Source of the DNA: an uncultured Verrucomicrobiae bacterium | Lineage (GTDB): Bacteria; Verrucomicrobiota; Verrucomicrobiia; Chthoniobacterales; JAFAMB01 | Direction of reading: 5' to 3' | Assembly (NCBI GenBank): GCA_963813025.1 | Contig: CAWEXO010000011.1 | Span: 64,001 to 128,000, forward strand | Length of the DNA stretch: 64,000 bases | In this document: positions 29,709 to 39,966 of the stretch, in pieces | Numbering within the stretch: the stretch's first letter is position 1 | Layout: the number at the start of each line of letters is the position of its first letter | Program-made: the position numbers and the translations under genes | The notes under the pieces: model-generated | Database searches by the model: none | What the model saw: the letters and a program-made list of their open reading frames with translations, nothing else | Told to the model about the DNA's origin: nothing

Positions 29709-30413
29709 CTAGTTGTTCGATGGTATGAGCAGCTTTTGCCCGATCTGCAATTTCTTCGGGTCGGCGATGTTGTTATTCCTCAATAACTCGGTGTAATTCA
29801 CTTTGAAACGCTTCGCGATCCCGGCGGGGCTATCGCCCCGCTGCACGACATAAGTGCGTTCGAGTTGATCGTTTGCCGGCGGAGAAGTGGTCCCGGACTT
29901 TGCCGCTACTTTTGGTGAATCAATCAACTTTTGCACGTCCAGCGGGACCGGTTTGAGCCTGGACTGGTTGGGAATGACTAGTTCCCGGCCAACCGGAACG
30001 CTGCTCCCCGGCCGTAAATTGTTTGCCTTTTCCAAGTCTCGCACTGCCAATCCGTACTGCGATGCGATGCCAGCCAATGTTTCGCCAGACTTAACCCGGT
30101 GAGTTCTGTTCTCGACCTTGTTGATGCCGCTCGCCTGATCATTGCCGGTGTTTTGGCTTCCTGCTGTTTCTTTTGCCATGGCATTGTTCGCCCCTTCCCG
30201 ATTTTCTGTTTGTTGGCGATCCTTCAGCGCGCTGAAAGCAAAAATTCCGCCGACCGCGACGACGTGCAAAAGAAGGACCACGACAAATGCCCGCGAGAGA
30301 CGCACGTTGGGTTCGTCCAGTTCCTGATCCGCATCGGCGTAACGTGAGGCGGCACGTTGTGCAGCGGTTCGCAATTTTCGTGTTTGACTCATCGGCCTTC
30401 GGGTCATTTTCAC
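29709..30413 (-). CDS. Membrane-anchored protein with two LysM domains
   Basis: One TM; HRVKSGETLAGIA and YVVQRGDSPAGIA. Confidence 0.88.
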   Translation of the reverse strand: MKMTRRPMSQTRKLRTAAQRAASRYADADQELDEPNVRLSRAFVVVLLLHVVAVGGIFAFSALKDRQQTENREGANNAMAKETAGSQNTGNDQASGINKVENRTHRVKSGETLAGIASQYGLAVRDLEKANNLRPGSSVPVGRELVIPNQSRLKPVPLDVQKLIDSPKVAAKSGTTSPPANDQLERTYVVQRGDSPAGIAKRFKVNYTELLRNNNIADPKKLQIGQKLLIPSNN

Positions 30414-31735
30414 GGCGTTAACTCCTGAACGATTTTGCGAAATTGATCTCCGCGATCGGCGTAATCGCGAAACATATCGAACGACGACGTACCTGGAGAG
30501 AAGAGCACCACATTTCCGGGCTTGGCTTGGGCGCGGGCTTGAGCGACGGCTTCCCGCAAGCTCTTGGCTCGAGAACTTTTGATCGCTCCAGCCCAGGCCT
30601 CGTCCATCGCCGGTGCCATCTCCCCCAGCAAAACGGCATGCTGGACTTTGGTGCGGATGAGCTCTCTCAACGGCTGGAAGGCAAACCCTTTGTCCTTGCC
30701 GCCGGCAATCAGAATGACCGGCTTGGTTTGAGCTTCCAGGGCCTTGGCCAGAGCGTCCGGATTCGTGGCTTTGGAGTCATTGATATAGAGAACGCCATCG
30801 CTAGTCCGGACCAGTTCGCAGCGATGGGGCGGGAGTTGGTAATCCAGCAGGCCTCCTCTCGCTTCCGACCACGGGATCTTCAAGGCGGCGGCCACCCCCA
30901 GCGCTGCCATAAGGTTCTCGGCATTGTGCGGACCGGTTAAACGCGTCTCGTCAAGGCTCAGAATCGGATCGCCCTGAAACAGAATTCTTTTCTCGTGCAA
31001 ACAAAGGTCTGCTCTCCGGTCATAGGCACTGAAGGTTATCCGAGTCGCCGCAAACGGCGGAAGCCGGTCGTAGGAATTCACCACCGCATAGTCTTCCTTC
31101 GTCAGATTTTCGAAGATACGCAATTTCGCGCGCCGATAGGCATCAATCGAAGGATAACGATCGAGGTGATCCGGAGAAAAATTGAGCCAGACCGCAACAC
31201 GAGGCCGAAACGCGCGGATTGCCTCCAGCTGGAAAGAACTGACTTCGACCGCGAAGAAATCCATTTCGTCCTGGCGATCAAGCGCGGCCGACAGCGGTGT
31301 CCCGATATTTCCGCAAGCGATTGCCCTCCGGCCGGCTCGGTTCAACATTGCCTCGATGAGTTGGGTGGTGGTGGTCTTCCCGTTTGTACCCGTGATCGCG
31401 ACAATGGGTTTCGCACAAAAGCCAAAGGCTAACTCCAGTTCGCCAATGCGCTCGGCCGGCACCCAGTTAAAGGCTTTGACCAAAGGCGAGGTCGGATCGA
31501 TCCCCGGGCTCAAGACAAGCAGGTCAAACTGTCCCGCGTCGATGTTGCGGACTGGACGTCCAATGCGCACGACAACCCCTAACTTCTGCATTCGGGCCAG
31601 CTTTGGCGCCAGCTCGCCTGGATCGCCATCATCAAAGACAGTAACCCGCGCGCCTCGTCGCGCCAGCAGCTTCGCGGCCGCTTCTCCGCTTACGCCGAGT
31701 CCAAGCACTGCCACTGATCTCTGCCGCAAATTCAT
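30410..31735 (-). CDS. murD: MurD ligase
   Basis: GLGVSG, SPGI, GTNGKTTT, EVSSFQL, DHLDRY, NDSKATN. Confidence 0.95.
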   Translation of the reverse strand: MNLRQRSVAVLGLGVSGEAAAKLLARRGARVTVFDDGDPGELAPKLARMQKLGVVVRIGRPVRNIDAGQFDLLVLSPGIDPTSPLVKAFNWVPAERIGELELAFGFCAKPIVAITGTNGKTTTTQLIEAMLNRAGRRAIACGNIGTPLSAALDRQDEMDFFAVEVSSFQLEAIRAFRPRVAVWLNFSPDHLDRYPSIDAYRRAKLRIFENLTKEDYAVVNSYDRLPPFAATRITFSAYDRRADLCLHEKRILFQGDPILSLDETRLTGPHNAENLMAALGVAAALKIPWSEARGGLLDYQLPPHRCELVRTSDGVLYINDSKATNPDALAKALEAQTKPVILIAGGKDKGFAFQPLRELIRTKVQHAVLLGEMAPAMDEAWAGAIKSSRAKSLREAVAQARAQAKPGNVVLFSPGTSSFDMFRDYADRGDQFRKIVQELTP

Positions 31736-32844
31736 CGCAGTTTTAAGGTGGCCAATCCCAGAAAGGCGAACATGAGCGACATGACCCAAAATCGGACGAT
31801 GACTGTGTTCTCCTTCCAACCTTTGAGCTCGAAATGGTGATGGAGCGGCGCCATCAAGAGAACGCGTTTGCCGCGAAGCTTGAAGCTGCAGACTTGCAGG
31901 ATGACCGACATCGCCTCGATAAAGAAGATCCCACCGACCACAATCAGGAGCAGCTCCTGCTTGCAGCAAATCGCGACCACTCCCAACGTGCTGCCGATCG
32001 ACAATGAACCGGTATCGCCCATGAAAACCTGTGCCGGGTGACAGTTGAACCAGAGGAATCCCAAGCCGGCGCCCACCAACGCGGTGCACAGGATGGTGAG
32101 CTCCTGGGCCTGTTGGTAAAACGGCAGATCAAGATAAGTCGCAACGGCGACAGTCCCGGCGGCGTACGCGAAAATCGCGTAAGCTGAGGCGACTGTGACC
32201 GTGCAGCCGGTTGCCAATCCGTCGAGACCGTCTGTCAGGTTCACCGCATTGGAACATCCCATGATGACCGCGGCAAAAAAAAGGAGGGTAAACCAGCCGA
32301 GGTTCTCGATGAGCGGCTCTTTGAAGAACGGGATGTAAAGTTCCCTCGCCTGAATTTCGAGCGTCGGATTCAGGAGAAAAAAACTGGTCACGAGCAGGGC
32401 CAACCCGAACTGACAGATCAGTTTCACGCGGCCAGGAATTCCGCTCGATTTCCGTTTGGTTACCTTGAGGTAATCGTCGGCAAATCCCAGCGCCGCGGTA
32501 GCGACAATGGTGAACAGACAGAGCCAGATAAAACTATTGTCCCACCGCGCCCAAAGCAGTGTCGACACGACGACAGATCCCATCAGAAACACGCCCCCCA
32601 TCGTGGGTGTTCCCTTTTTTGCCCCGTGTAGTTCGTACAGGCGATGCACTTCCTCTGCAGTTCGAATCGGCTGCCCAAATTTTAAGGAGACCAGGCCGCG
32701 AATAATAACGTCTCCAAAAATCAGGCACAGCAGAAATGCGGTAATCGCCGCGCAAACCGCGCGAAACGAAACGTATTGGAAGACGTTAAATCCGGTTTCC
32801 AAAGGCCTGGGGCCCTGGCTGAGAAAGTACAGATAATACATCAT
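31732..32844 (-). CDS. mraY: Phospho-N-acetylmuramoyl-pentapeptide transferase
   Basis: KKGTPTMGG, DD, NAVNLTDGLDGL, FMGDTGS, APLHHHFE. Confidence 0.95.
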   Translation of the reverse strand: MMYYLYFLSQGPRPLETGFNVFQYVSFRAVCAAITAFLLCLIFGDVIIRGLVSLKFGQPIRTAEEVHRLYELHGAKKGTPTMGGVFLMGSVVVSTLLWARWDNSFIWLCLFTIVATAALGFADDYLKVTKRKSSGIPGRVKLICQFGLALLVTSFFLLNPTLEIQARELYIPFFKEPLIENLGWFTLLFFAAVIMGCSNAVNLTDGLDGLATGCTVTVASAYAIFAYAAGTVAVATYLDLPFYQQAQELTILCTALVGAGLGFLWFNCHPAQVFMGDTGSLSIGSTLGVVAICCKQELLLIVVGGIFFIEAMSVILQVCSFKLRGKRVLLMAPLHHHFELKGWKENTVIVRFWVMSLMFAFLGLATLKLR

Positions 32845-34229
32845 GGCGCGATCCATTTAGCCTGCTTTTCCGCCGCTTCAAGGCCGGCGATCACGCGATC
32901 CATTCGGGCAGAGAAGCTACCCTTCACAAGGACAACGTCACCGGCCTGGAGAAGGTCGCTCAAGACGGCGACTCCGCCGGCTTGATCGGGCGCCGCCAAA
33001 GCATCCTTCAGGCCTCGTTCCCGTGCGGCCTCAGCGATTAGACTCGCCTCTTTTCCGATCGTCACCAGGAACTGAAAACCGAGATCCGCTACGGCGGCCC
33101 CCACACGCCGGTGCCCGGCGACGCCCTCCCGACCGAGTTCAGCCATCCGTCCAAGCACAGCGATTCGGCGGCCGGCGATCGGGAGTTCCGCAGCAGTCCG
33201 CAAAGCGGCGATCATCGAGTCGGGATTCGCGTTATAGGAATCGTTGATCAGCGTGATCCGACCAAGTTTTTGAAGCTTAAGGCGACCGCCCGGAATAACG
33301 GTCTTGTGCAGGCCCGCAGCGATCTGTTCCGGCGACAGGTTTAACGCGTGCCCCATCGCCGCCGCCAAAACCGCGTTTTCTACCATGTGCTGGCCGACCA
33401 CGGGTAGTTCGACTTTGAAAACAAAATCCGGTCCGCGCAGCGTGAAGCTTTCGCCACTGGCTCGATGGACCAGATCGGTTGCTCGGAGGTCGCCTCGGCC
33501 AAGGCCGGCTTGTACGACTCGGGCCCGACAGCGGGCCGCGATCGCCGGGGTAAACTCATCATTCGCATTGAGCACAACCACCCCCTGCGGAGGTACTCGC
33601 TCGGCCAGCGCGGCTTTTTCGTTGGCAATCGCCTTTTTGCTACCCAGAAATTCGATATGAGCGACGCCGACATTGGTGATCAACCCGAAATCGGGCTCAA
33701 TCAGAGCCGTCAGAGCGGCGATTTCCCCCGGCTGATTCATTCCGAGCTCGATCACCGCGAATTTGTGGCACCGATTTGCCCGAAGCAGCGAAAGCGGGAC
33801 GCCCAGATGGTTATTGAGGTTGCCTTCAGTTTTCAGTACTCGGAACTTCTCGCCGAGGATAGCGGCCAGCATTTCTTTGGTGCTGGTCTTTCCATTGCTG
33901 CCGGTAATTCCAACAAAACGAGTGGGCAACGCCTTCCGCGCAGACCGGGAAAGCTGCTGGAGGGCAGCTACGGAATCGGAAACAACTATTTGGGGAAATG
34001 CCCGGAGCTCTATTGCCAGACTCTCAACCAGCGCTCCCGCTGCTCCGGCTTGAGCCGCCTCCGCCAGAAAATTGTGTCCATCGTGATTTGGCCCCCTGAG
34101 CGCGACAAACAGCTCTCCCGGCAGAACGCGACGGCTATCCGTACAGACGGCCGTTACTTCGAGATTGCTTTCTCCGTGCAGCTTTCCCCGGACGACCTCA
34201 GCGATGGAAGAAAGGCTCTTAGGATCCAT
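32841..34229 (-). CDS. murF: MurF ligase
   Basis: GSNGKTSTKE, NLNNHLG, NDSYNANP, LVKGS. Confidence 0.95.
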   Translation of the reverse strand: MDPKSLSSIAEVVRGKLHGESNLEVTAVCTDSRRVLPGELFVALRGPNHDGHNFLAEAAQAGAAGALVESLAIELRAFPQIVVSDSVAALQQLSRSARKALPTRFVGITGSNGKTSTKEMLAAILGEKFRVLKTEGNLNNHLGVPLSLLRANRCHKFAVIELGMNQPGEIAALTALIEPDFGLITNVGVAHIEFLGSKKAIANEKAALAERVPPQGVVVLNANDEFTPAIAARCRARVVQAGLGRGDLRATDLVHRASGESFTLRGPDFVFKVELPVVGQHMVENAVLAAAMGHALNLSPEQIAAGLHKTVIPGGRLKLQKLGRITLINDSYNANPDSMIAALRTAAELPIAGRRIAVLGRMAELGREGVAGHRRVGAAVADLGFQFLVTIGKEASLIAEAARERGLKDALAAPDQAGGVAVLSDLLQAGDVVLVKGSFSARMDRVIAGLEAAEKQAKWIAP

Positions 34230-35727
34230 GTCTGATTAATTCTACCGGCCGCCCCTCCAATGCGCGCCCCGCGATCTCGACGTCGTCAAAAGGAATCGTG
34301 TGGTCGGCAAACTCCTGGTACTTCTCATGTCCTTTACCCGCGATCAGCACGATGTCGCGCGGCTCAGCCAAGGAAATAGCCCGGGTGATCGCCGTCTTTC
34401 GATCCAATATTTTCTCGTACTGTTGGGAGCGAAATCCTCCTTCAATTTGTTTTAGGATACTCTCCGGTTCCTCTTTCCTCGGATTATCCGAGGTAATGAT
34501 CGAGTAATCGGCATGTTGTTCAGCTGCCGCGCCCATCAGTGCTCGCTTGGCCCGATCGCGATTGCCGCCGCAGCCAAATACGACGATGAGACGATGAGGA
34601 TTAAGATCGCGACAGGTGGCCAAAACGTTCATCAAGGCGTCGGGCGTGTGGGCGTAGTCGACAAAAACGTGAAACTGTCGCTTCGCCGGGACGACTTCCA
34701 GCCGTCCCGGCACTTGCGGCGCGCGCGAAAGCGCGAGTACAGCAGAGCGGAGGTCCAGGCCCAAGGCAGTTACCGTGGCCAAAGCAGCCAAGGAATTGTA
34801 AATGTTGAATCGCCCGATCAAGGGTAAGCGGACGAGATAGCTCCGATCGCGGGCATCCAACTGATAGGAGGTGCCCGTCAGTTCAATCTTGAAGTTACTG
34901 GCCCGAAACTCCGCGCGCGCCCCCATGCCGTAAGTCAGAACCGGAAGATCTCTCCCGAATCGGGCAACGAGCTGCTGCCCATAAGGGTCGTCCAGGTTGA
35001 GTATTGCGCAGCGTTGCTCCTTCCGGCTCTCGCACAAGCCGCTAAACAGGCCGGATTTGGCTTCAAAATAGTCCCGCATGTCCCGATGAAAATCCAGATG
35101 GTCCTGGGTCAGGTTGGTAAAGACTCCCGCGTCAAACTCAATCTCGCTTACCCGGTCTTGCGCCAACGCGTGCGAAGAAACCTCCATCACGACGTCGGAG
35201 CAGCCGGTATCCCGGCACTGTGCGAGCAGATGCTGTAAGTCGAGAGACTCTGGCGTGGTTCTCTGCGCAGGGAGGATACGTTCGCCGATTTCGTAGTTTA
35301 CCGTGCCGAGCAGACCTGACCGGTGGTTAGCTCGTTCAAGCAGATGTTTAATCAGGAAGGCCGTCGTCGTTTTCCCGTTCGTGCCAGTCACGCCAATCAT
35401 CTGCAGCTTCCGGGACGGATTCCGGTAAAAAGCCGCGGCAATCGTCGCCAACGCCCGGCGAGAATCCCTTACCCGGATCACGGTGGCTTTGCCGGTAGCG
35501 GCCGTTTCCTGGGCAACGATCGCCACCGCTCCCCGGTCGATCGCGTGCGGAATAAACGAATGGCCGTCCGCGTGTTCCCCTCTCATCGCCACGAACAAGC
35601 CTCCGGGCAAAACGCTCCGCGAGTCGTAATAAATTCCCGAGATTTGCCGATCAAGGATCCCTGTAACCGACGTTGTCTCCAAACCTTGCGTTAATTCGGC
35701 CAAGTGCATAAACGATCGATTACTCAC
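34219..35727 (-). CDS. murE: MurE ligase (mDAP type)
   Basis: GTNGKTTT, MEVSSH, DYAHTPD, DNPR, AGKGHE. Confidence 0.95.
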   Translation of the reverse strand: MSNRSFMHLAELTQGLETTSVTGILDRQISGIYYDSRSVLPGGLFVAMRGEHADGHSFIPHAIDRGAVAIVAQETAATGKATVIRVRDSRRALATIAAAFYRNPSRKLQMIGVTGTNGKTTTAFLIKHLLERANHRSGLLGTVNYEIGERILPAQRTTPESLDLQHLLAQCRDTGCSDVVMEVSSHALAQDRVSEIEFDAGVFTNLTQDHLDFHRDMRDYFEAKSGLFSGLCESRKEQRCAILNLDDPYGQQLVARFGRDLPVLTYGMGARAEFRASNFKIELTGTSYQLDARDRSYLVRLPLIGRFNIYNSLAALATVTALGLDLRSAVLALSRAPQVPGRLEVVPAKRQFHVFVDYAHTPDALMNVLATCRDLNPHRLIVVFGCGGNRDRAKRALMGAAAEQHADYSIITSDNPRKEEPESILKQIEGGFRSQQYEKILDRKTAITRAISLAEPRDIVLIAGKGHEKYQEFADHTIPFDDVEIAGRALEGRPVELIRHGS

Positions 35728-37480
35728 GCTTTAATCGGGCTAACGCCACCTTTTTTGTGGGTAGCGGCATCGGCACAGGTTCTGTCGGGGTGAGATCGAG
35801 GTAGCGAGCAGCTTTCTCGGCAATTCTTGCAAAGACCGGTCCCGCCACCAAACCCCCGTAAGCTTCTCCCGCTTTCGCGACCGGATCATCTAAAAGAACG
35901 AGCAGGGTAAACCTGGGATCGTCAGCCGGCATGAACCCGACAAAAGACACCACATACCTGCCGGGAAGATAGCCGCCGCGCGGATCGATCTTTTGAGCGG
36001 TCCCAGTCTTGCCCGCTACCGCAAAGCCGGGCACCGCAGCTTTCTGCGCCGTACCGTTTTTGCTGACGACGTCCTTTAAGGCAGCGACGATTTTACGGCT
36101 TGTTTCCCTCGAAACGACCTGTCGAACAACCTCTGGCCCGAACGAAGCGACGATCCTCCCGTCCGGATCCGTGACTTTGGAGAGAATCAACGGCTTCATC
36201 AGCTTGCCGCCATTGGCGACGGCCGACATGGCCATCACCGCCTGAAGCGGCGTCACCGCGACCGATTGCCCCATGGGTATGCGAGTAATATCCAACTTGT
36301 TCCAGCGGTAGGGCGGATTGACCAGTCCCGGAATTTCGCCAGTCATTGCTACCCCGGTCCTCTCGCCAAAACCGAACCGGCGTATGTATTCATAAAGCTT
36401 GGTGTCACCGAGTTGCAGCGCCAGTTTGGCTACACCGATATTGCTCGATTTTTCGAGGATCTGATGCACGCTGAGAATCCCCATCGGGTGCGCATCGCGG
36501 AGGACCCGCCCGGCATAAAGGAAGTGACCGTTCTCGCAAAAAACCTTCGTTTCCGGCGTGACCAACTTTTCTTCGATTACGGCGGAGGTAGTCACAATCT
36601 TGAACGTCGACCCAGGTTCAACCATATCGACGATGGGCCGGTTTTTCGTTTGATCCGGCGAGGCGTTCCCGGGGCGATTCAGATCGAAAGTCGGCCAGCT
36701 GGCCATCGCAAGAATTTCGCCGGTCTGCGGCCGTACCATCACGGCGCTCCCATCCTTTGGTTTGTATTGGGCGCAAGCCGCCGCTAATTCACTCTCGACG
36801 ATATCCTGAAGCCCTAAGTCGACGGTTAAAGTGATGTCGCAACCATCTTTGGCCGGCGTTTCCAGGCCTCGATACGGGACAATTTCGCGTCCAGTGCGAT
36901 CACTCTCGATATAACGGCTGCCGTCGGCCCCATGAAGGAATTCCTGCATCGTTTTTTCGATGCCGAGAACACCCCGATGGTCGTGATCGAGAAAACCCAA
37001 AGCCTGGGACAGCATCGATCCATTCGGGTAGATACGAACGAAATCCTGTTCGAAATAGACGCCCCGGAGGTCTTGGTTCCGAAGGATCTCCTTTAACCGC
37101 TCAGCTTTGTCTTCCGGAACTTCTTTCTTGAGGACAATGTATTGCCGGCCGCTTTTCAGCTTTTCCGCGAGTTCCCGCGGATCCATTTCCAGCTGAGTTG
37201 CGATTGCCTCAGCCACAGCCAGTGGGTCCCGTACGTGCGAAGCATCGGCAATGACTGTTTTGACTGGTAAGTTCTCGGTAAGGCCTTCGTTCCGGATGTC
37301 TCGGATAATTCCCCGCCTGGCATAGATAGTTTCTTTGTGAACGTGTTTTTCAGCGGCAAGCGCGGTGTACTCGTCGTGCTTCACGATCTGCAAATCGATC
37401 AGCCGAAACGAGTAGACACTGAAAAGGCCGACCAATCCGAAGCAAATGGTGACGGCGCGCGCTTGTGCATCCCACCTCAT
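35720..37480 (-). CDS. ftsI: Class B penicillin-binding protein FtsI
   Basis: EPGSTFK (SxxK), SSN, GKTGTAQ. Confidence 0.92.
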   Translation of the reverse strand: MRWDAQARAVTICFGLVGLFSVYSFRLIDLQIVKHDEYTALAAEKHVHKETIYARRGIIRDIRNEGLTENLPVKTVIADASHVRDPLAVAEAIATQLEMDPRELAEKLKSGRQYIVLKKEVPEDKAERLKEILRNQDLRGVYFEQDFVRIYPNGSMLSQALGFLDHDHRGVLGIEKTMQEFLHGADGSRYIESDRTGREIVPYRGLETPAKDGCDITLTVDLGLQDIVESELAAACAQYKPKDGSAVMVRPQTGEILAMASWPTFDLNRPGNASPDQTKNRPIVDMVEPGSTFKIVTTSAVIEEKLVTPETKVFCENGHFLYAGRVLRDAHPMGILSVHQILEKSSNIGVAKLALQLGDTKLYEYIRRFGFGERTGVAMTGEIPGLVNPPYRWNKLDITRIPMGQSVAVTPLQAVMAMSAVANGGKLMKPLILSKVTDPDGRIVASFGPEVVRQVVSRETSRKIVAALKDVVSKNGTAQKAAVPGFAVAGKTGTAQKIDPRGGYLPGRYVVSFVGFMPADDPRFTLLVLLDDPVAKAGEAYGGLVAGPVFARIAEKAARYLDLTPTEPVPMPLPTKKVALARLKRE

Positions 37481-37839
37481 TAGTTAAAAACGCGATTGGC
37501 AACGACTCTGAGTTCATTTTGAGCCGCCTCATGCCGCTGATTGAGGCGAACGACTTGTTCGCTCGCAATCGGCACCAGCCCGAGCGAGTTTTTTGTCAGC
37601 TTCTTTTCCAGAATCACTCGTGAACTGAGCGATGCGATCTGGGCTCGAGCGACTTCGTTTTCCGACCGCAATTCGGCCAGTTCACGTTCCAGCCGGCGCT
37701 GAATATCTCCGTACTGGTAGAGCTGGTTCTTCAGGTAAACATACGTCAGGCCGGCCAGAGCCAGGAGCGCCGTGCAAACGACGACGCGAAGAATCGAGGC
37801 CGCTCTGATGGAATGGGTAATCTGCTTTTGTTTGTTCAT
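37480..37839 (-). CDS. ftsL: FtsL-like cell division protein
   Basis: TM plus coiled coil, between rsmH and ftsI. Confidence 0.7.
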   Translation of the reverse strand: MNKQKQITHSIRAASILRVVVCTALLALAGLTYVYLKNQLYQYGDIQRRLERELAELRSENEVARAQIASLSSRVILEKKLTKNSLGLVPIASEQVVRLNQRHEAAQNELRVVANRVFN

Positions 37840-38807
37840 ACATCGATCCTCTCAATGGCGCGGAGCTTGGCACTGCGAGCCCGCGGGTTTTCCGAAAGTT
37901 CCTGCGCTGTGGGTTCGATGGGATGCGCAGTGATCAGCCGAAACCGGTAGCTCGGGTTCGGCCGCGGCTCCGGCCACTCCGGCCGGTCAATCCACTGCCG
38001 AGTGACCGATCGGAAATAATTCTTCACGATCCGATCTTCCAGCGAGTGAAAGGCGATTATAGCGAAGCGTCCGCCGGGCCGGAGCAATCGGCTCAGGCTC
38101 GGCAGTGCTTGCTCCAAATGTTCCAACTCCCGATTCACCGCCAGACGCAACGCCTGAAATACTCGCGTCGCCGGATGCCGGGATCCCCTTCGGGGAATCA
38201 CCTTCTCGACTGCTCGGGCCAACTCGCCGGTAGTGGAGAATCGTTGAGAGATTCGGCTTTTCACGAGATATGCGGCAACCCGGCGCGCCTGTCTTTCTTC
38301 GCCGAGTTCAAAGAAGATGCGGACCAGGTCATCTTCTGACGATTCGTTGACGAGATCGGCCGCCGTCGGAAGGTTCGCCGACGGCGACATGCGCATGTCC
38401 AGAGGACCCTCATGTTGAATGCTGAAGCCTCGGCCGGGGCTATCGAACTGGTGCGACGAGACACCGAGATCCAGCAGAATGCCGTCAAGCGCTGAGACGC
38501 CAAGAGCGGGCAACCGGTCAGCGGTTTCCGCGTAATTCATTTCCACCAGCCGGATACGCTCCGAATAGGCGATCAGCCGAGTGGCCGCGGCGGCCAACGC
38601 GGCAGAATCGCGGTCTCCGGCAATGACCATAGCCCCGGCCCTGAGCAGCGCTTCAGTATGTCCTCCGCCCCCAACTGTCCCATCGAGGAAAATTTTGCCC
38701 GGCGCCGGTTGCAGCAGAGCTATAGTCTCCCGCAGCATCACCGGGCGGTGAAACGCAGGCTCTTGGCTGCTTGCTGTCATCGAGATCTCGTCAATTAAAC
38801 TAATCAC
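37836..38807 (-). CDS. rsmH: 16S rRNA m4C1402 methyltransferase
   Basis: HRPVML, GGGGH, DLGVSS, LDMRM, FHSLEDR, NPRARSAKLR. Confidence 0.95.
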   Translation of the reverse strand: MISLIDEISMTASSQEPAFHRPVMLRETIALLQPAPGKIFLDGTVGGGGHTEALLRAGAMVIAGDRDSAALAAAATRLIAYSERIRLVEMNYAETADRLPALGVSALDGILLDLGVSSHQFDSPGRGFSIQHEGPLDMRMSPSANLPTAADLVNESSEDDLVRIFFELGEERQARRVAAYLVKSRISQRFSTTGELARAVEKVIPRRGSRHPATRVFQALRLAVNRELEHLEQALPSLSRLLRPGGRFAIIAFHSLEDRIVKNYFRSVTRQWIDRPEWPEPRPNPSYRFRLITAHPIEPTAQELSENPRARSAKLRAIERIDV

Positions 38808-38844
38808 TGCTGTTGTTCCTGTTCGACCTCTGCTCGTCGGCTTT

Positions 38845-39300
38845 TCAGAGGCCGATCATTCCTAAAACGTGTTTAAACGTGGGTGAATCGGCATCGAAGG
38901 CTGCTTTCCAATTGTCCGGGTTCCAGATTTCGAACCGGCTATGGCCACCCACAAGGACCACTTCACCCGTCAATTGCAGCGATCGGCAATGCTCCTCCGG
39001 GAGAACGATCCGGCCCTGTTTGTCGCTCACGAGATGCTGAGCGCGGGAATAAAACTGCCGAATGAACTTTCGTCTTTCCTGCGGCCGTAATCGGGCGTCC
39101 TGTTCCACCCGTTCTGCCACCCGCTGAGTTTCCTCGGGCGGCATCACCATCAAACATCCGTTCTCCACGTCGGGAATGGCAAAGAACTCGTCTAGCTCCC
39201 CCCGCCGCCACCGCGCCGGGATTGTGACCCGGTTTTTGGCGTCCATGGCGTGCCGAAATTCGCCGGCAAAAATGGGCTGGCTTGTCCGGGACGACTCCAT
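38845..39300 (-). CDS. mraZ: Transcriptional regulator MraZ
   Basis: DAKNRVTIP and DKQGRIVLP, FEIW; first gene of the dcw cluster. Confidence 0.93.
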   Translation of the reverse strand: MESSRTSQPIFAGEFRHAMDAKNRVTIPARWRRGELDEFFAIPDVENGCLMVMPPEETQRVAERVEQDARLRPQERRKFIRQFYSRAQHLVSDKQGRIVLPEEHCRSLQLTGEVVLVGGHSRFEIWNPDNWKAAFDADSPTFKHVLGMIGL

Positions 39301-39320
39301 AGGTACAGCGTGGTCAGATT

Positions 39321-39358
39321 AACCATTTTACCCCACTGCACCCCACTTGTATCCACTT
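39321..39358 (-). promoter_or_regulatory. MraZ binding repeats
   Basis: Minus strand GTGGA / GTGGG / GTGGG / ATGGT at exact 10-bp spacing just upstream of mraZ. Confidence 0.75.
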
Positions 39359-39410
39359 CGCTCTCTCCAGGTCAATTCTATTTTGCGCAAATTCCGCTTT
39401 CTTTTATTAT

Positions 39411-39476
39411 GGAGTGCGTGCGACTTGTCGCCGCTTTGAGACCGCGCGGAGCGCGGCGACAAGTCGCACGCACTCC
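39411..39476. repeat. Perfect 24-bp inverted repeat (REP-like)
   Basis: GGAGTGCGTGCGACTTGTCGCCGC ... GCGGCGACAAGTCGCACGCACTCC. Confidence 0.8.
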
Positions 39477-39636
39477 ACGATGCCAGGCTAAAAAGACTGC
39501 GACAAACAGCTGACATTTTCCCTCTTTCGGTTATCTTCCAAGGGAAAATCCCCTGATCGGCCATCAATTTGTCAACTGATCAGCGGTTTTCTTTCTCCTC
39601 GTCTTCGGGCCTTTCTGTGTTATATTTCCGGCCTCT

Positions 39637-39960
39637 ATGGCTATTCAGAAGAAAAACGCTTTCTCTCGTCGCCTCCCTGACCTGGTCACCGAAGAATTGG
39701 TGTCAGTTCTGTCTCAAAAGAAATCCTTCGAATTCAAACAATTGTTTGAGATTGTGCACGAGAATCTCCGCCAGCGGAATGCGGCAAGTGGTGGCGAAGA
39801 AATGTTGCGTTTGCGCGCCTATGAGAAGCTGCAGAATCTGGTAGCCCGAGGGGCCGTGAAGAAGACCGGGAAGATTTACAAAGGCGATTCTTCCGCCTTG
39901 GCGGCGATGGTTGCGGCAAACACGGCTCAGGCGGCAGCCTTGGCTGCTTCGAAGTCCTAA
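39637..39960 (+). CDS. Small basic hypothetical protein, possibly winged helix
   Basis: 107-aa ORF; LRLRAYEKLQNLVARGAVKK; coupled to nuoA. Confidence 0.65.
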   Translation: MAIQKKNAFSRRLPDLVTEELVSVLSQKKSFEFKQLFEIVHENLRQRNAASGGEEMLRLRAYEKLQNLVARGAVKKTGKIYKGDSSALAAMVAANTAQAAALAASKS

Positions 39961-39966
39961 CGACTC

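Noticed and set aside
29709..30413. LysM gene inside the dcw cluster as a novelty
   Set aside because: A LysM gene between murD and ftsW is already known from PVC bacteria such as Chlamydia.
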